Virus record (IMG/VR): IMGVR_UViG_3300021476_000423
Span: 32,001-96,000 of that record
DNA: 64,000 nucleotides
Strand: one strand, 5' to 3'
Source of the DNA: a virus
Part shown: piece after piece, positions 20,408-29,412 of the stretch
How the letters are laid out: each line of letters starts with the position of its first letter
Numbering within the stretch: position 1 is the stretch's first letter
Position numbers and translations under genes: made by a program
Notes under the pieces: model-generated
The model's database searches: none
The model's input: the letters and a program-made list of their open reading frames with translations, nothing else
Told to the model about the DNA's origin: nothing

Positions 20408-22539
20408 TATGCCAACACCGTTTGGCTTGCTGGCATAATCTTCTCCTTCTTGTATTTGCTAACCTCTTCAATTACACCAAGTCTCCACATGAGGGGGTCT
20501 AACTGATGAGATACATACCAAGAGTAGTCAATCTCGCCCTGTTGAACCAGATTGATGAGTTTAGGTATTGCGCCCCTAGTCATATAGTATTGCACCACAC
20601 CATACTCTACCATATCGGTGGGAACCCATCCTGTCTTCATGGCTTCTTTGAGCGCCTTAACGTGCTGTGGCGTTCCTATCCGCCGCATCTTCCCGTCCTT
20701 TCCCTTCCTCATGCCCCCATATTCATCCACATCCTTCCCCATGTGTTTCTCCATGACAAGTAGAGGGTCGTAGACTCCTGAGAAGAGTTTGTCCTTGGTG
20801 TCTTCATAGAAAGCCATGATTTGTTCCTTGGGGGTCTTGGTCACTAGGAACCGCTTTATGGCATCCTGTGTCATCCTTGCCAATTCGCACCAATCGCCCC
20901 GCAAACCTTCCATACCTGCTTCTTCAAATTTATCCACAACCTCTCCCGTTTTGTCAATGTGGACAATTCCAAAGTAACGCTTTTTGGCCTTCTCACCTTT
21001 GGCCGACTTGGGGAAAGTTATGAGTGACCAGAAGTTCTCCCTCCCGTAGACGATGTTATCCACATTGTAGGTCTTCCGAACATACTCATTGATGAGGTCA
21101 CGAATGGTGTCGGCCTCATCCATCGTTCCCACTACAAAGCAGGAATCTGTGTCCAGATAGAGAACCGTATAGCCCAATGAGGTAAGAAATTCCTTAACGT
21201 GAGTCTCAATATCCCTGCCGTGGAAAGTCACACTATCTGCTACTTCGACAGATTTGAAACGATAGTAAGATGAGGCAAAGATGCCATAGAGAGCATTGAC
21301 CGCAATCTTGTAAGCCCATTTCTCTATCTTATCTTTGGCGTTCCGTTTTCCATAGAGAAGTTCCATGACGATTGGCTCAATCAACTTGAACTTACCCAAT
21401 GGGGCCAACTTCCATGCCAATAGAATATTGGGGTATAGTGAATCAACATCATACTGTAAGACGTTCTCGAAGGTTCCCATGCGAAGGATGTCCACCAGAC
21501 CGCCCGGATATTTGGGCCTAGTCTTGTAAGCCGTTTTACAGGGTAAAACCCACCCTATTTGGTGAGCATACTTGAGAAAATACTGGTCTAATACTGGTGT
21601 AATAGTAATCATCTGTTTGAGGGGATGGACTCCAAAGATTTGGTCAGGAAAGACATGGCCCTGTTTGGCTAACTGTGTCATCACACGACTATACTCCTGT
21701 TTCTCATCTATCTTACCAGTGAACTCAGCATCCCATAGCACTCTCTCCTGAAGTTGTTCGTCTGGTAGTGTGCTAAGTCGAGTATTGACAAAAGGTTTCC
21801 TCTCATCGAAAAGTCGTCTTGCCACCTTACCAAGTGCCCACTGACTTCTGAAATTCTTGCTCATGAATCTGTAGGCCAATGAAATGTCTGCAAACCGAGT
21901 TTGAGAGAAGTCGAACTTGACCTTATTGTAGGCTAGTCGCTTGGCAAAATAGGGAACGTCCCACTCTTTGCTATTCCAACCCTTCATGAGAGCAATCTTG
22001 TTCTCGGTGATAAAGTCGGTTGCCCCTTGTAGAACCTTGGCTTCCGAACTCTCTGTTCCCTGTTGAGTGATAGGATTGTATGTCCACGCATATCTTTGGC
22101 CTTTGTAAACTATACCAATGGCTGTGATTGGTTCGTTAGCGAGTTCAGGATTGGGCCTTCCACTGCTATCATCTTCCTCTGTATCCCAAGAGGCTTGATT
22201 CGGATAGTCGTCGCAAGTCAAGTTCTCGTCTAACATCCACACTCCAACATACTTTTTGTCGGCTTCATAGACGCTGATGGACTTGCTCTCAGCATAGTTA
22301 CGAAAGTTCTTTACCTGCCCCGGAACATTGAACAGATACTTTTTGGTTGATTCCTCAGTATCGAAGGTGCGAAGGTCTACCCTCTCGAATTTGGCGGCAG
22401 TATTGAGTTCTCGGTTGGCCGGAATGTAGCAGTAGGGTGGAATAGGGTCATTGATGATTTCCATTTCGCCATTTCGCCAAACCTTCATTTTGACCCTGTT
22501 ACCATCAATGATGTAATTGGCACTGTCGAAAGGAATCAT
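20407..22539 (-). CDS. polB: Family B DNA polymerase (RNA-primed type; likely start 22539)
   Basis: ExoI WDTE, ExoII WNSKEWD; polymerase motifs DVDSLYP, KIAVNALYG, YLDTDS, KKRY. Confidence 0.95.
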   Translation of the reverse strand: MIPFDSANYIIDGNRVKMKVWRNGEMEIINDPIPPYCYIPANRELNTAAKFERVDLRTFDTEESTKKYLFNVPGQVKNFRNYAESKSISVYEADKKYVGVWMLDENLTCDDYPNQASWDTEEDDSSGRPNPELANEPITAIGIVYKGQRYAWTYNPITQQGTESSEAKVLQGATDFITENKIALMKGWNSKEWDVPYFAKRLAYNKVKFDFSQTRFADISLAYRFMSKNFRSQWALGKVARRLFDERKPFVNTRLSTLPDEQLQERVLWDAEFTGKIDEKQEYSRVMTQLAKQGHVFPDQIFGVHPLKQMITITPVLDQYFLKYAHQIGWVLPCKTAYKTRPKYPGGLVDILRMGTFENVLQYDVDSLYPNILLAWKLAPLGKFKLIEPIVMELLYGKRNAKDKIEKWAYKIAVNALYGIFASSYYRFKSVEVADSVTFHGRDIETHVKEFLTSLGYTVLYLDTDSCFVVGTMDEADTIRDLINEYVRKTYNVDNIVYGRENFWSLITFPKSAKGEKAKKRYFGIVHIDKTGEVVDKFEEAGMEGLRGDWCELARMTQDAIKRFLVTKTPKEQIMAFYEDTKDKLFSGVYDPLLVMEKHMGKDVDEYGGMRKGKDGKMRRIGTPQHVKALKEAMKTGWVPTDMVEYGVVQYYMTRGAIPKLINLVQQGEIDYSWYVSHQLDPLMWRLGVIEEVSKYKKEKIMPASQTVLA

Positions 22540-22673
22540 ATTTGAACTATACACCCACAATCAAGACCCAATTGAAGAGGAAATCCAAGCCAATAACTCA
22601 TTAGCATCCGATACCCATGTTCTGGACACTTGATAAGATTCCATCCTAATTTGTCTTGATTTGCTAACTTCAT
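22536..22673 (-). CDS. LANQ-motif 45-aa Zn-finger protein (not in track)
   Basis: MKLANQDKLGWNLIKCPEHGYRMLMSYWLGFPLQLGLDCGCIVQI; ATGA overlaps on both ends. Confidence 0.65.
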   Translation of the reverse strand: MKLANQDKLGWNLIKCPEHGYRMLMSYWLGFPLQLGLDCGCIVQI

Positions 22674-22855
22674 AGTTCCCACCTACAGTTGCAGGACAGA
22701 TACAGCGTAATTCTGATGCAACCACAATCTTCATTCACCCAAGTAACCTGCAAAACGTCTTTAGTGCCATGTGTTGGACAAACTGCTTTGAAGCCACCAA
22801 CTTCTTTGGAGTTGCTTGCCTCATCTAGTTCGATTTGATTCGCAAGGTCAGACAT
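22670..22855 (-). CDS. LANQ-motif Zn-finger protein
   Basis: MSDLANQIELDEA; CPTHG...DCGC...CNC. Confidence 0.65.
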   Translation of the reverse strand: MSDLANQIELDEASNSKEVGGFKAVCPTHGTKDVLQVTWVNEDCGCIRITLYLSCNCRWEL

Positions 22856-23285
22856 CTTGAATCACCATTCTAATGATTTCGTAGAGGTCGGGGTCTGACT
22901 GCTCTAAAGTCTCCAAACGTGGCGGCATCAATCCAGCCACTCTAGCGTGGTCAACCATCTGAGGAATGGACTCTAGGACTTTGGTGCATGGGGCCAACTC
23001 GTGACATTGCTCAAAGTAATCTTGACAATACTTGATAGCATCGTCAGGCGAGACCTTGAGAACGGAGATGAAGTAGGGGGCTATCACAAGCCACAATAGT
23101 CGCATCCTGCCGTCTCTGACGGGGTGCATCAACAGTTTAGGAATGTAAGCATAACTCGTAGGGTCTCCGCCCGGAAGACTTGGCGAATGCTCCTGCTCTG
23201 ACCTCTTGAATTGCGCCATAAAGGTCTCAACATTGTATTGAGCCTTCGTTTTGTCGTCCATTGACAAAGAATCGGAAGAGGCCAT
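22848..23285 (-). CDS. PriX-like primase accessory subunit
   Basis: LLMHPVRDGRMRLLWLVIAPYF resembles the DGRxR signature of PriX/primase C-terminal domains; located in the replication operon. Confidence 0.55.
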   Translation of the reverse strand: MASSDSLSMDDKTKAQYNVETFMAQFKRSEQEHSPSLPGGDPTSYAYIPKLLMHPVRDGRMRLLWLVIAPYFISVLKVSPDDAIKYCQDYFEQCHELAPCTKVLESIPQMVDHARVAGLMPPRLETLEQSDPDLYEIIRMVIQDV

Positions 23286-23297
23286 ATTAAGGATTCT

Positions 23298-24284
23298 CTA
23301 CTCTTTCTTGGCCTCTTTCTGAACAGCCTTTACTGCCTCTAGTTCCTTCTTGTCAGTATTCTGGAATCCTTGGTCGGTGATAAGAAGTGGTAACTTGTAT
23401 CCATACTCTGGCAGATTGGGATACCTTATTACTACCAACTCTCTCGAACCGTGGGGCGAAGTCATCTTCTTGAAACCGAAGAGGACTTTGTGAGTATGGC
23501 CAATGGCTTTGCCACCCTTCTCCTTCAGAAAATTCTCATCCATAAAAGAGAACATATTGGTAGGGTCATAGGAAAGATGGTTGGTCGTGAAGACATAGAT
23601 GGGTTTGCCAGTCTTGGCCTTTCGCTTGGCACATAACTCTTTGACGGTGCTGAAGAAAGCCTCTTCGACTTGCGACCTGAGACCCAAGTTCTGTCGGCCC
23701 CCTGACGCAAGAACATTGAAGACCGTGATAGAGTCGAAGACCACATATCGGATGTCCTTCTCATTGATAAGTTTGTTGAAAGCAGAGTTCTCAGTATCGA
23801 CCCTTATGGTCTTGAACTCGAACTTCGCTCCCTTTTGTTTCTCTTCAGCCTTCTTGTTGGCCTCTTCCTGACGCTTGGTTAGGTCTTCGGTAGATTCGCC
23901 CTTTTGAGGCTTCAGTGACTTTGCTTGTGCTTCTGGCGCTTCTGAGATGATGACCTTCCCATAGACTCCTATGAGAGCCAACATCTCTTCGACATTGGGG
24001 ATGTATTGATAATGGACAACAGGTTCCACACCATACTTCTTGGCAAAGATTTCTTGCCACGGCTTGTGTGGCTCCATATTCAACTCATTGTCCTTCTCGA
24101 TTTCGACGGTGAACATAAAATCGTCTGGCTCTTCAGTGTCGAAGTAGGCAACCTCGCCGCCCTCTTCCTTTACAATCAGATATCCTTGCTCATAGGCAAA
24201 GAGACTTTTGCCAGCCTGTTTCATGCCACACGCACCTGTGATAACCGATGAAGGCATGGGTAGATTGGTTTTGAGAAACTTCAT
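23298..24284 (-). CDS. RadA/RadB-like RecA-family ATPase
   Basis: Walker A GMKQAGKS, YFDTE, Walker B VVFDS, TNH and GGKAIGH. Confidence 0.8.
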   Translation of the reverse strand: MKFLKTNLPMPSSVITGACGMKQAGKSLFAYEQGYLIVKEEGGEVAYFDTEEPDDFMFTVEIEKDNELNMEPHKPWQEIFAKKYGVEPVVHYQYIPNVEEMLALIGVYGKVIISEAPEAQAKSLKPQKGESTEDLTKRQEEANKKAEEKQKGAKFEFKTIRVDTENSAFNKLINEKDIRYVVFDSITVFNVLASGGRQNLGLRSQVEEAFFSTVKELCAKRKAKTGKPIYVFTTNHLSYDPTNMFSFMDENFLKEKGGKAIGHTHKVLFGFKKMTSPHGSRELVVIRYPNLPEYGYKLPLLITDQGFQNTDKKELEAVKAVQKEAKKE

Positions 24285-24615
24285 TGACGAACCTTCGATT
24301 GCAAGGTATAAAAGGATTCTACTTAATGTAGAAGGTTTCGTCAGGATTGGGTTTTTCTTCGCCTTTCATCGCCTCTTCAGTTTGTTTGATGAATTCGTCA
24401 AAATTGTGGGCGTGGAGCATCACCATCTCCAAGTCGGCCTTATAGTTGGCGAGTAGAATACCAGTCTTGCGATTTTGGTCTTGAAGAAGACCCTTCATGC
24501 CGATGAGCAATAGTGTCTCAAACAGAAGGACGGCGGCGAGAACGCCAATTGCGGTAGGTTCAATCCAAGACATACCCTATACCCCTTTTTAAAGCCGTAG
24601 GACTTAATAAAGATT

Positions 24616-26103
24616 CTAGGTGAAACTCACGCCACCCGCATAAAGCGGCAAAAGAGATGGATTAAGTGCTCCTAACCACGACGCTGTTATGACATTGTTC
24701 TGAGCCGCTACTTCCCACACTGAGACAGGAGGATAGCCAAAATGCGGCAAGACGGTTTGAATCACTTCTGGTGCACCCCAAGTCACACCAAGGTCATGAC
24801 TAACTTGGCACTTCATGTTTGAGAAGTTATCGGTGTAAACTACAATCAAAGTCGTTCCAACTGCGGCTATCGAAACCCCCGGACAATCACCGTTGATTGT
24901 GGGAATTGTATCAAGCAATGTTTCAGAACTTGTTGTGCCATCACCAATATTGTAGGTTATGAAGTAAATCTGACCTGCCCCCTCTCCCGGCGGTGCGACC
25001 GTCCAAGTATTGTGGGGATAAACTATGTAGGCAATGTTTCCCACAACTACTGCATCGCTAAACTGTTGAGAGAAAACTCTAGGCATATTGAAGTGACTCC
25101 ATATAGTGCCTCCATCTGTCGTGTAATAGAGTGTGGATTGAGTGGCCAATTCTTCACCCCAAAATGCGATGTTGTTATCGTTTGTTTGAGAAATCACAAG
25201 TTTCGGTGCGTCGTTTGTCCATTGGAAATCGACATTGGATTGTGTAACCATTAGATTGCTAACCCCATTTTTCCATATTGCCCATTTCTGAATCCCACCA
25301 CTGAATGGTGCTCCCCAAAGAGTTGCCGCCCAAAAGTTTCCAGTCGAATCTACATCGAAGGTAGGAAACTGGTAGGCATAAGGCGTGATGATGAGTTGTT
25401 CTGGTATACCCCATGTTATTGTTCCATCAGAATTGGGCGTTCCCCATCGCCAATAGAAGTAACGGAAGAAATTGTAGTAGAATCCGTAGTAAAAGCGATT
25501 CAAAGCAGGATAGTAGTTTACACCGCCCCCAAAGAAGGGAACATCTGCAAAACTAGCACTGAGTTGAGTTGCGGTGCTCCAAGTCATTCCATCAGGACTT
25601 GTCTGATAGTAAATGTAGTTTCCAATGCCAACATAGAACGACCAAAAGAGACCGCTTGCAAAGAAAATCATAGGCATATCGTTTGTGTTATTGAGACCTG
25701 CTGAATTTTGGGTTTCAGCAACAAAACTGTTGGCATCTGGCACTGCTTGGAAGGGTGGGCCAATCTCAATTGCAGAGACATCTACAGTGTAGACTTGCGG
25801 CTGACCGCCCATGTGAGTGTTACCAACGTTAGTAATTTTCACATTATGACCCACACCTTCGACATCAACCAAAACCTCTTGCTGACTCTGCCATGCCCTC
25901 AATGTGGTCTCTATGTCCTCTTTGTTGACGAAATCTTGTGGAACCACTACAGAAAGATGATACTCGGTATTGAAGGCTCCAATCGGTATCATCGTATCGC
26001 TGTAGGCTTGAACTCGACTGTAGAGCCTACGTTTGGCCTTTAGAGTGGCCTTGAAGTTGGCCACTTCAAGATGAATTCCGCCAAGTGTAATCTGAGTCGG
26101 CAT
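24616..26103 (-). CDS. Tail protein with Asp-box (BNR) beta-propeller, putative receptor-binding
   Basis: SPDGMTW, TTDGGTIW and SHDLGVTW repeats; at the end of the tail cluster. Confidence 0.65.
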   Translation of the reverse strand: MPTQITLGGIHLEVANFKATLKAKRRLYSRVQAYSDTMIPIGAFNTEYHLSVVVPQDFVNKEDIETTLRAWQSQQEVLVDVEGVGHNVKITNVGNTHMGGQPQVYTVDVSAIEIGPPFQAVPDANSFVAETQNSAGLNNTNDMPMIFFASGLFWSFYVGIGNYIYYQTSPDGMTWSTATQLSASFADVPFFGGGVNYYPALNRFYYGFYYNFFRYFYWRWGTPNSDGTITWGIPEQLIITPYAYQFPTFDVDSTGNFWAATLWGAPFSGGIQKWAIWKNGVSNLMVTQSNVDFQWTNDAPKLVISQTNDNNIAFWGEELATQSTLYYTTDGGTIWSHFNMPRVFSQQFSDAVVVGNIAYIVYPHNTWTVAPPGEGAGQIYFITYNIGDGTTSSETLLDTIPTINGDCPGVSIAAVGTTLIVVYTDNFSNMKCQVSHDLGVTWGAPEVIQTVLPHFGYPPVSVWEVAAQNNVITASWLGALNPSLLPLYAGGVSFT

Positions 26104-26149
26104 CTAGTAGTAGAGGGGGAGGTAGGCTTATAAGCCTTAAGATTAGGCA

Positions 26150-28105
26150 TCATGTAATGTAGATGGGCGCACACAGAAATGTCGGTGTTGCTTCAATAGA
26201 CGATACAACAAATGATGGACTCCAAGTTATTCCAAGGTCAAGACTTCGCAGATGACTCACCGTATTAGCGGCATTTGAAACATAGAAAACATCCAGTTGG
26301 GTTAAGGAATTGGTAGAGATTGTTGGATAGGTTCCTGCGGCAAGAAGAGTGGCCGAACTCCAACTGAGTGCTCCATTGTTGAACGTCCAGAAGTAGATGT
26401 TGCCATCATTGGCGGCGGCAACAGCATACAGAGTGCTTCCCACAATCACAAAATTGGCTTGGGCAAACAATGTGGTAGGTGGCATTACAGTGTTAATGGA
26501 AGGAGAAGTCCATGAGGAACCCTGATTGTCAGACCATTGAACCACCAAATCGAAAGCATTGTTCCCTGCCACTACTATCCGATTTGAAGGAAATTCACCA
26601 ATAAAAGGTGGGTAAGGTGTGAAACCCTGACTAATTGCCGAAATCGTAGTCCATACGACTCCGCCATTAGTGGATTTAGCCATCGAAAATTGTGGGCCGA
26701 GTGTATTTGTGCCAGCATAGAGAGTTCCAACGGAATCAAGGAAAATGTTGCTCTCATTTGATACGGCGAATCCTGTAGAAACAAAAAGCCAATTAGCCGC
26801 CCAAGTAATGGTTCCATTTGAATTGAGGGTTCCTGTTCTGTAGATAAATCCCCACGCAAAAAAACCTGTCGCAGAAATAGCACAATAGACAGTCGAACCA
26901 TTCACCCAAGTTGAAAGAGCATAAGGTGAGTTGGTAAGATTGATAAAACCGCCCGGAAATGGCCCCATAGAGGTTGTTGCACTCCATGTGACTCCATCCG
27001 ATGATGTTGCAAAACCAAAATCAGGACTACCATCATAAAAGAAGGCCCAAGACAATCCATTTGCAAACCAAATCTTCCTCTCTTCGGCGTAGGCCGTTGG
27101 TGATGCGACACCAGTAGCATCGATGGTAACGGGAGCATGACCTCCCTTCCAAAATCTAACATTGTCTGCTGAATCCGACCACATAACAAAACCATTCGCA
27201 AGCGCCGGAACAGAGAGGTCGATGTTTGTCTCGGTATCAGTTTTGACGATAGTGCTATTAATGTCATACAACTGCTGTTTAGTCGCTGTAACAGCCAAAG
27301 CGTCTGTGGTAGGGATAGGCTTTCCAACCCACCCTCCACCCGAAATCTTATCCACTTCAAATAGATAGCCAGTGGCTTGTTTTGTAGGAGTCACTATCTC
27401 AAGTGGACTGGCGTTGGTAAGTCTAGAGGCCAACCAATTGTAAGTAGCGATAGAAACCTTTGGAATTATGACGGCATAGGAATTGCTTCCAATACCGAGT
27501 TGCTGAATGATGTCAAAAGCATTGGGAATCGTTTGAGATAGAGTTTTTTTAGGTATGGTAAGGTCAAATTCCGACCCACCCTGATTGATGTAAGCCATAC
27601 TTCCGAGAGCAACATAATCAACATACATCTTATGGTTGGCTTGCATTTGAATGCCATAAACAGTTTGAGGAACGATGATAGAAAGGGAAAACCACTCATA
27701 CTGAGTGCTAACGGGTGTAACTGTAATGGTCTGAAAAGGAGTGCTTGTATTATCGAGAAATTGAATGGTCAAAGTAGCACTTGCGGCACTGGCCGTTCTT
27801 GCTCGCACTCTCAATAGAGCGATTTGATTAGCCGGAATACCCACTTGGAAATTGTGTCTCGCATATCCTACCTGACCTTCAGGAAGAATGAGTTCATCTC
27901 CATTAGTGATGATGGGACTTGCTGTTGGTGCAAAAACCCCTTTAGTAGTTATTGTGTCATTCGCAAAAGTGATAGTCTGAAAGGAACTTCCTACCGTAGA
28001 GGGGATATTGGTATCCATCCAACCAATGGTCTGGTCAGTCATACGGAAAGAATCTTCCTTCCAAGTGAGCCATCTTATTTCAAGTCCGAGAGGAGGATTG
28101 GTCAT
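26150..28105 (-). CDS. Tail protein with Asp-box beta-propeller
   Basis: SSDGVTW, STNGGVVW, SDNQGSSW and SLDLGITW; C-terminal part similar to 24616..26103. Confidence 0.65.
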   Translation of the reverse strand: MTNPPLGLEIRWLTWKEDSFRMTDQTIGWMDTNIPSTVGSSFQTITFANDTITTKGVFAPTASPIITNGDELILPEGQVGYARHNFQVGIPANQIALLRVRARTASAASATLTIQFLDNTSTPFQTITVTPVSTQYEWFSLSIIVPQTVYGIQMQANHKMYVDYVALGSMAYINQGGSEFDLTIPKKTLSQTIPNAFDIIQQLGIGSNSYAVIIPKVSIATYNWLASRLTNASPLEIVTPTKQATGYLFEVDKISGGGWVGKPIPTTDALAVTATKQQLYDINSTIVKTDTETNIDLSVPALANGFVMWSDSADNVRFWKGGHAPVTIDATGVASPTAYAEERKIWFANGLSWAFFYDGSPDFGFATSSDGVTWSATTSMGPFPGGFINLTNSPYALSTWVNGSTVYCAISATGFFAWGFIYRTGTLNSNGTITWAANWLFVSTGFAVSNESNIFLDSVGTLYAGTNTLGPQFSMAKSTNGGVVWTTISAISQGFTPYPPFIGEFPSNRIVVAGNNAFDLVVQWSDNQGSSWTSPSINTVMPPTTLFAQANFVIVGSTLYAVAAANDGNIYFWTFNNGALSWSSATLLAAGTYPTISTNSLTQLDVFYVSNAANTVSHLRSLDLGITWSPSFVVSSIEATPTFLCAPIYIT

Positions 28106-29371
28106 TTATGGAGTCACTTCTATGATAGTGTATGCAGTAGCAGTAACACCATTGTTGTCTGTTCCGATAAGTTCGAACAAGGCTCTATAGCCAGCCGCCG
28201 CCCCGGTAAGTTCAATGTAAACAGGAATCAAATCTGAGGCAAATGGAGTGTCCCTTGTGTATGTTCCTGCTGGAATCACAAAGTCAACAAAAGTGTTTAG
28301 AGGAGTTCCATTAATCGTAGAAGTGGCTTGATTGATAATACTATGAATATCGGATGGAATTTTGAAGGAAATATGGATGTCGGCAGGTTGCGAGTATGTA
28401 GGTTCAAGCGGATAATATTGGAAACCCAACTGCACATTAGGTGGAGCCGCCGATGCCGATAAAGAGACCTTGTTGGTAAATATCTGAGTCTGATAGCCAA
28501 GAACCGAATCCGCCTCAGACGCGGTATGGGTAAACAATAATGCACCAAAAAGCACAATATGGTCTGCAAAGACTCCTGTGACTGAGTTGATTTCGTCTCT
28601 TGGTGTTCCACGGCCAATTTCTATCGTCTGGTCTATCATGAACCCTTGGACATTATCCACATACAAATTGAATGTGCCATTGTTACTGTCGGCATTCACA
28701 AACGTTGATTGTGTTGGAATTGTTGGCGTAGGATTGTGAGTTACCTCATAAACTCCTAATCCATACTGTGCCGCACTCTGAGAGACCACCAAAGTAAAAC
28801 TGCAAGCCGCAAAAGAATTGGTAAGTGGGTCATGAGCATAAATATTGACTTGATAGGATGGAGGATGATTAGGACTAATCTTACCACCAGTGTTTTGTGG
28901 ATTTATCCAAAGTGTTTGGAAGTTCGTAGCGACATAGGTATTGAGTGAATTGCTAACATTCGGAGTAAGCATAAAAGGAAGAGTGGCTTTCCATCCTTCG
29001 TTGGTTCCATCCCACACTCCTTGCACCCAATTGAGATGGGTTGACCCTATAAGAATAGGTAGAGGTGCACCATCGGTTGGCACAGTTGTCGCATCTGCCG
29101 GAGAAAGATTGGGGTCTACTGTAGTGTCAATTTTCTTAATGAAAAACGACATCGTAAGAGGATTATTGAATCCTTTGATTGCAGAGACGTATATTGTGAC
29201 GCTATCCTTCGTTGTAGTGGTTTGAGCATTTTTAGTAGACTGAAGGGTGCTTGAAGGGGGATTAGGTTCGGAGGGGGGATTGGCCGGAACCGTGTAGTTT
29301 TGGGGCACTTGAATGAGAGCATTATCTACCCCTATCTGATAGTCGGATGCTAGAGCCGGAACCGCAGACAT
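28106..29371 (-). CDS. Tail/baseplate structural protein
   Basis: Beta-rich composition and tail-cluster position; shares a GF..GQ/DQ.I.IG.G module with 29413..32733. Confidence 0.55.
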   Translation of the reverse strand: MSAVPALASDYQIGVDNALIQVPQNYTVPANPPSEPNPPSSTLQSTKNAQTTTTKDSVTIYVSAIKGFNNPLTMSFFIKKIDTTVDPNLSPADATTVPTDGAPLPILIGSTHLNWVQGVWDGTNEGWKATLPFMLTPNVSNSLNTYVATNFQTLWINPQNTGGKISPNHPPSYQVNIYAHDPLTNSFAACSFTLVVSQSAAQYGLGVYEVTHNPTPTIPTQSTFVNADSNNGTFNLYVDNVQGFMIDQTIEIGRGTPRDEINSVTGVFADHIVLFGALLFTHTASEADSVLGYQTQIFTNKVSLSASAAPPNVQLGFQYYPLEPTYSQPADIHISFKIPSDIHSIINQATSTINGTPLNTFVDFVIPAGTYTRDTPFASDLIPVYIELTGAAAGYRALFELIGTDNNGVTATAYTIIEVTP

Positions 29372-29412
29372 ACTGAAGTAAATACCCTTCTGTGCTTATT
29401 AAGCCTTCTAAT

